From: Acidobacteriota bacterium
GTDB taxonomy: Bacteria > Acidobacteriota > Thermoanaerobaculia > Multivoradales > J023
Direction: 5' to 3'
Length of the DNA: 60,917 nucleotides
NCBI GenBank assembly: GCA_039027015.1
Contig: JBCCLG010000001.1
Coordinates: 1-60,917, forward strand
Position 1 is the first letter of the stretch; each line of letters begins with the position of its first letter. A model generated the notes under the pieces. The model ran no database searches. It saw only the letters and a list, made by a program, of their open reading frames with translations, and had not been told where the DNA came from. The position numbers were made by a program, and so were the translations under genes. Shown one piece after another: positions 1-7,934 of this stretch.

Positions 1-1370
1 CAGCCGTTCTGCACGGCCTCGGCCGTAGCCTCGGGGTTCTTCAGGTATCCCCGGAAGATCAGAGGGCCGCGGATCAGGATCTCGCCGTCGTCGGCGATTT
101 TGCACTCCAGGGTCGGAATCGGCCTGCCGACGGTGCCGAGGCGGAAGGCGGTCAGCTTGTTGACGTGGGTCAGCACGGTCGCCTCGGTCATGCCGTAAGC
201 CTCGAGGATCGGCATATCGATGGCCCAGAGGAACTCGAGGATCTCGCCGGAGATCGGCGCTGCGCCGGTGATGCAGGCGCGCACGCGCCCGCCGAAGCGC
301 GCCTGGATCTTGCTGAACACCAGGCCCATGCCGATTTTGTGCTGCAGCTCGAGCAGGCCCGAAGGGGACCGGCCCTCGAGCTTGGCGCGCAGGCGGCGGC
401 GGGCCACGCCGTCGGCCCAACGGAATATCGCCTGCTTGCCCGGGGAGCTCTTCTCCACCTCGCCCTGCACTCGGTCGTAAAGCTTCTCGAAAATGCGCGG
501 CACCGAGCCGAAGACCGTAGGCCGCGCCTCCGTCAGCTCCTCGATCACCGAGCCGACCGAGGTGGCGTAGGCCGCCGGCACGCCGACGCTGACCCGGCCG
601 TAGAAGGCCAGGCAGCGCTCGGTGGCGTGGGCCATGGGCAGGAAGGCCATCACCAGATCATCCTGATAGTAGGGAAAGATGCCCTGCATGTTTTCGCACA
701 GGGTCAGGATGTTGCGGTGGCTGATCATCGCCCCCTTGGGCGGACCGGTGGTACCCGAGGTGTAGATCAAAATCGCGGTTGCGTCGGGATCGAGGGCCTC
801 CTGGCGCTTCTCGACCTCCTCCTCGGCGAGGGGCTCACCCTGGAACGCGCCGGGTCCTACGATCCGCGCGTCGCGCTCGGCGAAGCTCTCCGCCAGCTCC
901 TCGCTCCAGGCGACGATGACGCGCAGGCTATCGAGACCCGAGGACGCCTCGAGAACCGTCGCCATCTCGACCTCATCGGCTACGAAGACCGCCTTCGCCT
1001 CGCTGTGTTCGAGCAGGTAGCGCACCTGCTCCGCGGATTGGCGCGGGTAGACGCCCACCGTGATGGCCCCGGCGTACTGGCCGCCGAAGTCATAGACCGC
1101 CCAGTCGGTGTGGGTCGGTCCGAGGATCGCGATGCTGTCCCCGGGGCCTACCCCGTGGTCCGTCAGCCCGCGGGCCGCGCTGCGCGCGCGGTCGTGGAGA
1201 CCCTGCCAGGTAAGTTTGCTCCAGCGCCCCTCAATCTTCTGGTAGCAGGCGGGGCGATCCGGGGTCGACCGGGTGCGCCATATGAGGGCACCGGCGAGGG
1301 TCCGAAGCCCCGAGGGTATGGCGGTCGCCGCTTCGTGGGGAAGGTCATCGAGTTCGAGCATGGTCGCCAT
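1..1370 (-). CDS. Long-chain acyl-CoA synthetase / AMP-dependent ligase (FadD-like). N-terminal ~456 codons only; the gene runs off the window start.
   Basis: Absent from the ORF track because there is no stop inside the window. My minus-strand translation from ATG 1370-1368 gives MATMLELDDLPHEA...ILIYTSGTTGPPKGAMISHRN (AMP-binding signature)...ILEAYGMTEAT...GEILIRGPLIFRGYLKNPEATAEAV. The + ORF 165..1496 is its antisense shadow. Confidence 0.85.
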   Translation of the reverse strand, partial: MATMLELDDLPHEAATAIPSGLRTLAGALIWRTRSTPDRPACYQKIEGRWSKLTWQGLHDRARSAARGLTDHGVGPGDSIAILGPTHTDWAVYDFGGQYAGAITVGVYPRQSAEQVRYLLEHSEAKAVFVADEVEMATVLEASSGLDSLRVIVAWSEELAESFAERDARIVGPGAFQGEPLAEEEVEKRQEALDPDATAILIYTSGTTGPPKGAMISHRNILTLCENMQGIFPYYQDDLVMAFLPMAHATERCLAFYGRVSVGVPAAYATSVGSVIEELTEARPTVFGSVPRIFEKLYDRVQGEVEKSSPGKQAIFRWADGVARRRLRAKLEGRSPSGLLELQHKIGMGLVFSKIQARFGGRVRACITGAAPISGEILEFLWAIDMPILEAYGMTEATVLTHVNKLTAFRLGTVGRPIPTLECKIADDGEILIRGPLIFRGYLKNPEATAEAVQNG

Positions 1371-1467
1371 CACGTCTCCTCACCGCCGGACGTCTCAGAC
1401 TGCCGGGATTTCAAGGTATTCGTTGCAAATTATGATCGATTCCCCGTTCCCGGCGCCTGCTGCGCCC

Positions 1468-2943
1468 CTACCGGTCGAGGCGCAGCAGATGGTTGACCGG
1501 GGCGAAGCGATCCGTGAACAGGGTCGCGTCGGTGAGGTCTTTCTCGAAGGGCACGTAGGAGAGGGCGATTTTTTCCAAAGACGGCCTGAAGGGCGATCCC
1601 TGCTCCTCGAGCTGGCGGGCGAAGCCGGCGAGCACCTCCACGTCGAGCGGGCCCGGGGTTTCCCCAGCGAGAATCAGGGTGCTGGCTCCCCCCTGCACGG
1701 AGAAGAGATGCACCCCGGTGAAGGCCTCGCCGATCGTTCGCATCAGCCCGGTGATCAACTCGCCCTCGGGGCCGGTCGCCAAATTGACGCCTACCAGGCC
1801 GCCGGGGTTGAGGTGATCGCGCACTTCCTTGAAGAATTCCAGGGTGGCCAGGTGAAACGGGATCGAGGCGCCGATATAGGTGTCGACGTAGATGTAGTCC
1901 CACCGGCGCTCCGGATTCCTGGCGAGAAACCGACGGGCGTCGTCGATGTGCACGGACTCGGGCGGCGCGTCGAAAAAGAGGTGCTTGCGCGCCAGCTCCG
2001 GGATCGCGGCGTCGATGTCGACGAACTCCGCCCGCAGGTCCGGCCGATGATGCTGGAGGTACCGAGCCACGCTGCCGCCGCCCATGCCGAGGATCAGCAG
2101 ATCATCGATCTCCGGCTGCAGCAGGAAGGCGGCCGCCGAATGGCGGGCGTAGGCGAGGGCGGGAAGCCCGTCGGAGACCCGCACCGAGGCGTGCACCGTT
2201 CGGTCGCTGAACAGGGAGCGCACCTCGCCGCCGTCGCGTACCTCGAGGGTTTGGTAGGGGGTCACCCGACGCTCCAGTAAATCGGGCGGCGCGGCCTGCC
2301 GGCCGGTCAACGCCAGCAGCACCACCAGAGCGGCACCGTAGGCCAGGCGGGGACTCTGGCCGATGGCCAGGGACGCCATCACCACGGTGGTGATGGCGAG
2401 CATCCGTAGGGTGGTCGTGATGTCGAAAACCGGCACCAGGTAGAAGGTCGCGCCGAGCACGCCGGCCAGGCTTCCGGCGGTCGAGAGGGCGTAGAGCCGC
2501 CCGGCGGTATTGCCCAGCAGCTCGAGATCCGATGCGGCCAGGCGCACGGCGAAGGGGGAAACCATGGCCAGAAGCACGGTCGGCAGGCCGAAGAGCACGG
2601 CCGCGGCCCCCAGGGTGCCGGTGGGCGAACCGCCGGTCACCTCGCCGATGTAGGCCACCACCTCGGCGCCGCGGAAGAGTACCGCGGTCTGCGCCAGCGC
2701 CGAGAAGAGCAGCACCACCCCGAGCGCCGGAAGATTCGGGTGGCGATCCGCCAGCCGGCCGCCCCACACGTAGCCGATCGACATCGCCGCCAAGAAGACG
2801 CTGATGATCGATCCCCAAACGTGGACGCTATTGCCAAAGGAGGGGGCCAAGAGCCTGCTGGAGACGATCTCCAGAGCCATCAGGACCCCGGCCGGAATGA
2901 TGACCACCGAGTAAAAACGCGCGATGTGCCAGCTGTTGTGCAT
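1468..2943 (-). CDS. Fused membrane domain / spermidine synthase-like (class I SAM-dependent aminopropyl- or methyltransferase fold) protein
   Basis: 491-aa ORF. The N-terminal ~200 aa form several hydrophobic helices. The C-terminal half carries LLILGMGGGSVARYL...EFVDIDAAI...WDYIYVDTY...GGLVGVNL, typical of the spermidine-synthase family. Confidence 0.7.
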   Translation of the reverse strand: MHNSWHIARFYSVVIIPAGVLMALEIVSSRLLAPSFGNSVHVWGSIISVFLAAMSIGYVWGGRLADRHPNLPALGVVLLFSALAQTAVLFRGAEVVAYIGEVTGGSPTGTLGAAAVLFGLPTVLLAMVSPFAVRLAASDLELLGNTAGRLYALSTAGSLAGVLGATFYLVPVFDITTTLRMLAITTVVMASLAIGQSPRLAYGAALVVLLALTGRQAAPPDLLERRVTPYQTLEVRDGGEVRSLFSDRTVHASVRVSDGLPALAYARHSAAAFLLQPEIDDLLILGMGGGSVARYLQHHRPDLRAEFVDIDAAIPELARKHLFFDAPPESVHIDDARRFLARNPERRWDYIYVDTYIGASIPFHLATLEFFKEVRDHLNPGGLVGVNLATGPEGELITGLMRTIGEAFTGVHLFSVQGGASTLILAGETPGPLDVEVLAGFARQLEEQGSPFRPSLEKIALSYVPFEKDLTDATLFTDRFAPVNHLLRLDR

Positions 2944-3069
2944 GGTCGTGATGCGGACGCCCGAATCTCGCCGCGCCCGCCGCGCAGGGTATCACCGCTG
3001 TGTCTCTGCCCGAGGTTTCGAGGTGGTCCCCGAGGAGAGCGGCCAGGGCGGAGTCAACCCTCTGCGGCC

Positions 3070-4170
3070 TCAGTCAGATCGACTTTCCCACCGGTAGAAA
3101 ATCTTGAGGCCGTTCATGTGGGACCACGGCACCGAGCCTTCTTTCTGCAGCCGACCCACCACGACTCCAGGAGCGACTCCGACCCTAGCGGCGAATCTCC
3201 TAACCTCTGCTTTGGATATCTTGCCCTTCCTGCCGAGCGACGCAAGCCGGACCCCTTCAGAGGGCGGAATCAGAGCATCGCGCGCAAATGCATCCGCTTC
3301 CAACTCCAACTCCGGGTCAAGCCCTTCGACTCCTTCGAGGGTCAGGAGTTTTTTGCTGTGCAAAAGGATGTGCCCAGCTTCATGGAAGAACGTAAACCAA
3401 AGGTGATCGTTGGATTTATATCGGAGGCTCAGCGCAAGCATCGCCTTATCTGGCGATAGCCAGCTGGTCATTCCGTTCGCCGGGCAGCCCGGCGGTGCAG
3501 GAACAAACACCACGGCGACGCCGCATTGAGCGCAGCTCTCGATAAGTCTAGGCACGAAGACCTTGGGATCTTCTTCGCAGCTAAGAGGCACTAGCTCCTT
3601 CAGGGTCCTTCGAAAGGCTGGCTTGTCGTAGGGGCGGCATGCGATGCGAGAAACCTCGATCTGGCACCTGCGCAACCAGGCAGCGACTGCGCCTGGCTTC
3701 TTCTCAAACTTCTCAGATGCCTTCCAGGCGATAAGCGGCCGCTCGAAAACCTGACGCCAAGCCTTCACCGAGGCTACTTCAAAGAATTCGAGAGCGTCTA
3801 TAACCTGCAGCTTCTTACTGCTGTTCGAAGGGATCCAACCCTGCTTTTGCATCCATCCTAGAGGGAGCTCTCGGATCCAGTCGAGGTTCGATTCTGCGTA
3901 TTCGTCAGTCTTCAGCTGCTCGAGAGCAGCCCGGTATTGCGCTTCTCGCATAAGCCAGAAGCTCGCGGTGGAGCCTAGAACTCTCGACAACCTCTGAGCC
4001 ATAGGAGCCGTGATGGCGACTCGGCCATGGATGAGGCCGTTAATGTGCTTGGTTGTGAATCCGAGCCGCTCCGCCAGCGCAGTCTGGGTCCAGCTTCGCT
4101 CTTCGAGAAGATCTTCTATGGTTCCCCCGGGCGGGGAGAGCCAGTCTGGATCAAATGCGGTTTCAGCCAT
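3070..4170 (-). CDS. higA: HigA/VapI-type XRE helix-turn-helix antitoxin fused to an ImmA/IrrE (COG2856, M78-like) zinc metallopeptidase domain
   Basis: The N-terminus PGGTIEDLLEERSWTQTALAERLGFTTKHINGLIHGRVAITAPMAQRLSRVLGSTASFWL matches the HigA HTH pattern. The C-terminus has FFHEAGHILLH (HExxH) in an ImmA/IrrE context. I prefer the ATG at 4170, which overlaps the higB stop as ATGGCTGA; the track ORF starts at TTG 4191. Confidence 0.8.
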   Translation of the reverse strand: MAETAFDPDWLSPPGGTIEDLLEERSWTQTALAERLGFTTKHINGLIHGRVAITAPMAQRLSRVLGSTASFWLMREAQYRAALEQLKTDEYAESNLDWIRELPLGWMQKQGWIPSNSSKKLQVIDALEFFEVASVKAWRQVFERPLIAWKASEKFEKKPGAVAAWLRRCQIEVSRIACRPYDKPAFRRTLKELVPLSCEEDPKVFVPRLIESCAQCGVAVVFVPAPPGCPANGMTSWLSPDKAMLALSLRYKSNDHLWFTFFHEAGHILLHSKKLLTLEGVEGLDPELELEADAFARDALIPPSEGVRLASLGRKGKISKAEVRRFAARVGVAPGVVVGRLQKEGSVPWSHMNGLKIFYRWESRSD

Positions 4171-4492
4171 GGTAATCACCGATGAAGACAATGCGGATTC
4201 TTCTCACCTGATCCCAGGCGGTCGAGCCATCATCGCGACTAGGTCTAGGGTCGTGGGCTGACTCGAAGACGAGTCTCAAGCCCCCGTCGAGATCCAGCGC
4301 AAACTGGCCCGCGCGGTCGCCCTTCAGAGGATGAGGACGGCCGGCTACTAAGTCCGTTACCTGCGCTGCAGCTCTCAAGTCCGCCAGTCGCCTCTGAAGC
4401 TTTTTAGCGCCTCGCAGCCCTAGCTCTTTCTTCTGCACCTTCTGGGTCATACACAGCCGGCGCAGGCTCTGACTCGCGAACAGGATATCCAC
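4163..4492 (-). CDS. higB: HigB-like toxin (plasmid-maintenance killer protein, RelE/ParE superfamily)
   Basis: 109 aa with a GTG start. It shows the HigB-toxin family pattern as I recall it (...GLRGAKKLQRRLADLRAA...RPHPLKGDRAGQFALDLDGGLRLVF...IGDYH). It lies upstream of and overlaps the HTH antitoxin gene. Confidence 0.75.
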   Translation of the reverse strand: MDILFASQSLRRLCMTQKVQKKELGLRGAKKLQRRLADLRAAAQVTDLVAGRPHPLKGDRAGQFALDLDGGLRLVFESAHDPRPSRDDGSTAWDQVRRIRIVFIGDYHG

Positions 4493-4605
4493 AACTGGAA
4501 GCCTAGAACAAGACCTCTACACCCAACGGGTTATTAAAAACGCCTTTGTCTACACTATCGGTCGGCCCGACTACCCTTAGGGGTCTCCGACTGGCCTTTC
4601 AAGAT

Positions 4606-4635
4606 CACAGGGAATCAAAGCACAGGGAATCGAAG
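4606..4635. repeat. 15-bp direct tandem repeat, 2 copies (cacagggaatcAaag / cacagggaatcGaag)
   Basis: Read directly. The two units are adjacent with one mismatch. The repeat ends 8 nt from the 3' (CCA) end of tRNA-Ser. Confidence 0.85.
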
Positions 4636-4643
4636 CAATGGAC

Positions 4644-4733
4644 TGGCGGAGGGAGTGGGATTCGAACCCACGGACCCCGTGAAGGGTCAACGGTTTTCAA
4701 GACCGCCGCTTTCGACCACTCAGCCATCCCTCC
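4644..4733 (-). tRNA. tRNA-Ser (anticodon UGA), class II with long variable arm, CCA encoded
   Basis: The reverse complement is GGAGGGATGGCTGAGTGGTCGAAAGCGGCGGTCTTGAAAACCGTTGACCCTTCACGGGGTCCGTGGGTTCGAATCCCACTCCCTCCGCCA. It folds with a 7-bp acceptor stem, a 3-bp D stem, anticodon loop CU-UGA-AA, a long variable arm and a GTGGG/TTCGAAT/CCCAC T arm. Confidence 0.92.
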
Positions 4734-4832
4734 GCGAGATGACCCTCGGACATCGCTATCAGCGTATCGCGGGCCCGCGCTTTTTGTCAGCCCTGGAGTG
4801 CGGGCATAAGCTCGCACGCCCGCGCGCGTTTT

Positions 4833-6122
4833 CTAGGCGTCCTCGGGGCCGATCACCTCGAGTCCGCCCAGATAAGGCTTCAGGGCCTCCGGCACTCTCA
4901 CCGTGCCGTCTTTCTGCTGGTAGTTCTCGAGAATCGCGATCAGCGTGCGGCCCACGGCCAGGCCCGAGCCGTTCAGGGTGTGGGCGAGCCTGGCTTTGCC
5001 TCCCTCCTGGGGGCGGTAGCGCACCAGGGCGCGCCGGGCCTGAAAATCCGTGCAGTTGCTGCACGAGGAGATCTCGCGGTAGGCGCTCTGGCCGGGCAGC
5101 CATACCTCGATGTCATAGGTCTTCGAGGCGGAAAAACCCATGTCGCCGCTCGAGAGGGTCATCACGCGGTAGGGCAGCTCGAGGATTTGCAGGACCTTCT
5201 CGGCGTGCGCGGTCAGCTCCTCGAGGGCCCGCCAGCTGCTTTCGGCGTCGGTGATCTGCACCAGCTCGACTTTGTTGAACTGATGGAGCCGGATCAGGCC
5301 GCGCACGTCGCGACCGTGGGAGCCCGCCTCGGAGCGAAAGCACGGGGTGAAGGCGGTGTAGCGCAGGGGGAGGTCTTTCTCGTCCAGGATCTCTTCGCGG
5401 TGCAGGTTGGTCAGGGGCACTTCGGCGGTCGGAATCAGGAAGAGATCTTTGCTCGTGACCCGGAAGAGATCGTGCTCGAATTTCGGCAGGTTGCCGGTGC
5501 CCTCAAGAATCTGCGGCTGGACGAGGTAGGGCGGCAGAACCTCGGTATAGCCGTGCTCGCCGGTGTGCAGATCGAGCATGAGGTTGATCAACGCGCGCTC
5601 GAGCCGGGCGCCCAGCCCGCGATAGACCACGAAGCGCGCCCCCGAAAGCTTGGTTCCGCGCTCGAAGTCGAGCAGGCCGAGGCGCGGCCCGAGGTCCCAA
5701 TGGGCTTCGGGCTCGAAGCCTTCGAAGCTCGGCAGCTCGCCGACCCGGCGCTCTTCGCGGTTGGCGCTCTCGTCGGCGCCCGGCGGCACGGTTTCGTGCG
5801 GCACGTTGGGGAAGCTCAGGGCACATTCCCGGAGCTCGTGCTCGATCTCGCCGAGGCGCAGCTCCAATTTCTCGATGCGGCTTTTGATCTCCGCGACCTC
5901 GGCGATCTGGGCGTCGGCGTCCCCGCCCTCCCTCTTGATCTGGCCGATCGCCTTGGAGGCCTCTTTCCGGCGGTGCTTGAGGTCCTCGGCCTCCACCAGG
6001 CTGGAGCGCCTCTCGGCGTCGAGGGCGAGCCAATGGTCGAGGACCGCGAGGTCGAAGCCGCGGCTCTCGAGCTGCGGTCGAACTTCGTCGGTATGGCGGC
6101 GCAGGAGATCTGGGGAAAGCAT
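4833..6122 (-). CDS. serS: Seryl-tRNA synthetase
   Basis: From the internal ATG at 6122 the protein reads MLSPDLLRRHTDEVRPQLESRGFDL... It has an N-terminal coiled-coil arm and class II core motifs (...FRSEAGSHGRDVRGLIRLHQFNKVE...GSGLAVGRTLIAILENYQ). The upstream 83 codons of the track ORF look spurious. Confidence 0.95.
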   Translation of the reverse strand: MLSPDLLRRHTDEVRPQLESRGFDLAVLDHWLALDAERRSSLVEAEDLKHRRKEASKAIGQIKREGGDADAQIAEVAEIKSRIEKLELRLGEIEHELRECALSFPNVPHETVPPGADESANREERRVGELPSFEGFEPEAHWDLGPRLGLLDFERGTKLSGARFVVYRGLGARLERALINLMLDLHTGEHGYTEVLPPYLVQPQILEGTGNLPKFEHDLFRVTSKDLFLIPTAEVPLTNLHREEILDEKDLPLRYTAFTPCFRSEAGSHGRDVRGLIRLHQFNKVELVQITDAESSWRALEELTAHAEKVLQILELPYRVMTLSSGDMGFSASKTYDIEVWLPGQSAYREISSCSNCTDFQARRALVRYRPQEGGKARLAHTLNGSGLAVGRTLIAILENYQQKDGTVRVPEALKPYLGGLEVIGPEDA

Positions 6123-6227
6123 GATGGGCGGAGCATATAGACGCCGCCGGAGCGCGGTCAACGAAGCAGGCCTGGGCCCGCTAGAAGGCGCTACCGCCGG
6201 CCTAGGACGGCGGTAAGATCCCGGGCT

Positions 6228-7934
6228 GTGCTGGCCCTCTCCGACATTTCCCCCGAGGCCCGAAAGCCCCCCCGAGGCGCAGGCGCGCGCCGCGGCTTCG
6301 GAAGCCTGTGGCGGCTCGGCGGACTGCCCGTGATCCTGTGGCTCTCGCTGCAGGCGCTCGCCTCCGCTCAATTCGACCCCGCGGAGGGCGCGGAGACCGC
6401 CTTTCTGGGCCTGATGGCGGCCGGCGCCGTCGCCTGCATGGGCGCGCTGGCGCCGCGAAGGCCCATCGCCGAAATCGCCGCCGGGCTCGCGGTGGCCGTT
6501 TTATGGTGCGTGCACGATAGCGGAGGGCGCGGGTCGCTGCTGACGCTGATCCTGACCCTCGGCCTGCTGACCGCCGCCCGCGGGGCCGCCGTCTCGCTGG
6601 GCGAGGCAGCCGCGAAAGACCGAGGAGAAGGGGACGTCTTCGGGCGCAAGGCTCTCGAGCACGCGGGCTTTTTCGTGCCCGCCTGCCTTGGCTGGCAGCT
6701 GGTGGTTCGGCCGGATCTTCTGCTGCCCCCTTGGCTGGACGCTCGCACGCTGGTGAGCGTCCTGCCTCTGCCGATTCTTGCAGGGTTGGCCCTCGCGCTT
6801 CTCGCCGAACGCCGCGGGCTCGAGGGCGCTCGGCTGGCGGGGCTGGTGGCGGCGGTTCTGGCCCCGGGCTGGAACGTCACGACGACCCTCGGCCTTCTCG
6901 CCCTGGCGGCCCTGGGCTGGATTCTGCCCGCGAGGCGGCACTCGCCTCCCGACCAGGGCACCGTCCTGACCGTCGCGGCGGCGGTCCTATGCGGCGGCCT
7001 GCTGGTCGCGGTGGCTTTCGAGGGCGGCGGCGCAGCCCTGGCGCTGCCGCTCGTTCTCACCCTCTGCCTGATCCCGACTCTCTTCAGGGTCCGGGTCGAC
7101 GGGTCGTGGCTGGCGGGCCTCGCCCTGATGGCGGGCGGCAGCGCGCTGCGGCCAGATCCCGAGACGCTGGTTTTGGGCGCGGGCTGGCTGGCGCTCGAGA
7201 TCGCCCGCGGCGCGTCCGCCGAGAGAGTGCGGCTACAGCGGGCCTGGGGCACCCTCGCGGCCTGCGCGGTGGCCCTCGCCGCGGGCTATCCGCGGCTGCT
7301 TCCGGATCCGATCCTCGCTCCGCCGCCGCGCTCCGCGGCCTTCCTCTTGCTGGGCAGCGCCGCCGCGGTGTGGCTGCTCGACCTCCTGGCGCGGCGCCTC
7401 GATCAGCCCGCCTCGAGGCTCCTGGGGCCTGCGCTGCTGGCGACCGCTATCGCCGCCGCGCCCGCCGCGCCGCTCGCCGTTTTCGACCAGCCGCGAACCC
7501 TCGGCCCCTGGGGGCACACGCTCGTCTTCGACCTTCCGGCACCGAGCGTGGAGCGCGGCGCATCGGCTCCGGCGGCGCTGCTCGACACCAGCCTGGTTCA
7601 CGGGGTCGAACTGCCGAGGGGCGCACCGGTCGCCCGGGTGGAGTGGCTCGACGCCGCGGGGGAGGTGCTGGAGAGCCGGTCGATTCTGGCCGGTGAGCAC
7701 ACCGCGGAGTGGGCGGCGGGCCGGGCCGACGTGGCCGCCAGGCCGGGCTTCCATTCACCCCCGCCCCGCGCCTTTTCGCTGGCGCCGGACGGGCGCTTTT
7801 TTGCCCAGCACTTTCGCACGCGCCTGGAGGTGGGAGCCACCGCGGCGCCCGCCGCTCGACTGCGGATCGTGCGCGATCCCGCCCTGCCTGAAGCCACGCG
7901 GGTGCTTCTCCATCGGCTGGAGATCCGGCCTTGA
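6228..7934 (+). CDS. Large polytopic membrane protein, function unknown, with a non-hydrophobic C-terminal ~150 aa
   Basis: 568-aa ORF, Ala/Leu/Gly-rich, with many predicted TM helices. GC3 is high in this frame. Its stop overlaps the next start as TTGA. The start codon is uncertain (GTG 6228). Confidence 0.55.
   Translation: MLALSDISPEARKPPRGAGARRGFGSLWRLGGLPVILWLSLQALASAQFDPAEGAETAFLGLMAAGAVACMGALAPRRPIAEIAAGLAVAVLWCVHDSGGRGSLLTLILTLGLLTAARGAAVSLGEAAAKDRGEGDVFGRKALEHAGFFVPACLGWQLVVRPDLLLPPWLDARTLVSVLPLPILAGLALALLAERRGLEGARLAGLVAAVLAPGWNVTTTLGLLALAALGWILPARRHSPPDQGTVLTVAAAVLCGGLLVAVAFEGGGAALALPLVLTLCLIPTLFRVRVDGSWLAGLALMAGGSALRPDPETLVLGAGWLALEIARGASAERVRLQRAWGTLAACAVALAAGYPRLLPDPILAPPPRSAAFLLLGSAAAVWLLDLLARRLDQPASRLLGPALLATAIAAAPAAPLAVFDQPRTLGPWGHTLVFDLPAPSVERGASAPAALLDTSLVHGVELPRGAPVARVEWLDAAGEVLESRSILAGEHTAEWAAGRADVAARPGFHSPPPRAFSLAPDGRFFAQHFRTRLEVGATAAPAARLRIVRDPALPEATRVLLHRLEIRP

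Noticed and set aside
165-1496. 443-aa + strand ORF (and nested ORFs 220..480 and 1273..2280)
   Set aside because: It is antisense to a clear AMP-dependent ligase / spermidine-synthase-like coding frame. The composition is Arg/Gly/Ala/His-rich with no motif. It is a typical shadow ORF of GC-rich DNA.
3047-3060. Possible att-like copy of the tRNA-Ser 3' end at the far side of the higBA islet (ggcggag..tcaaccc)
   Set aside because: Only 7+7 nt are similar, with an internal gap relative to tggcggagggagtgggattcgaaccc. That is too short and degenerate to call a direct repeat.
4768-4785. Palindrome cgcgggcccgcg followed by T5, considered as a terminator between serS and tRNA-Ser
   Set aside because: The T-run follows the hairpin only on the + strand, while both flanking genes are on the - strand. 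It cannot be assigned as their intrinsic terminator.
6123-6371. 83-codon N-terminal extension of the serS track ORF
   Set aside because: The conserved SerS N-terminus (MLSPDLLRRH...) begins at the internal ATG 6122. The extension is low-complexity and would overlap the divergent gene's start region.
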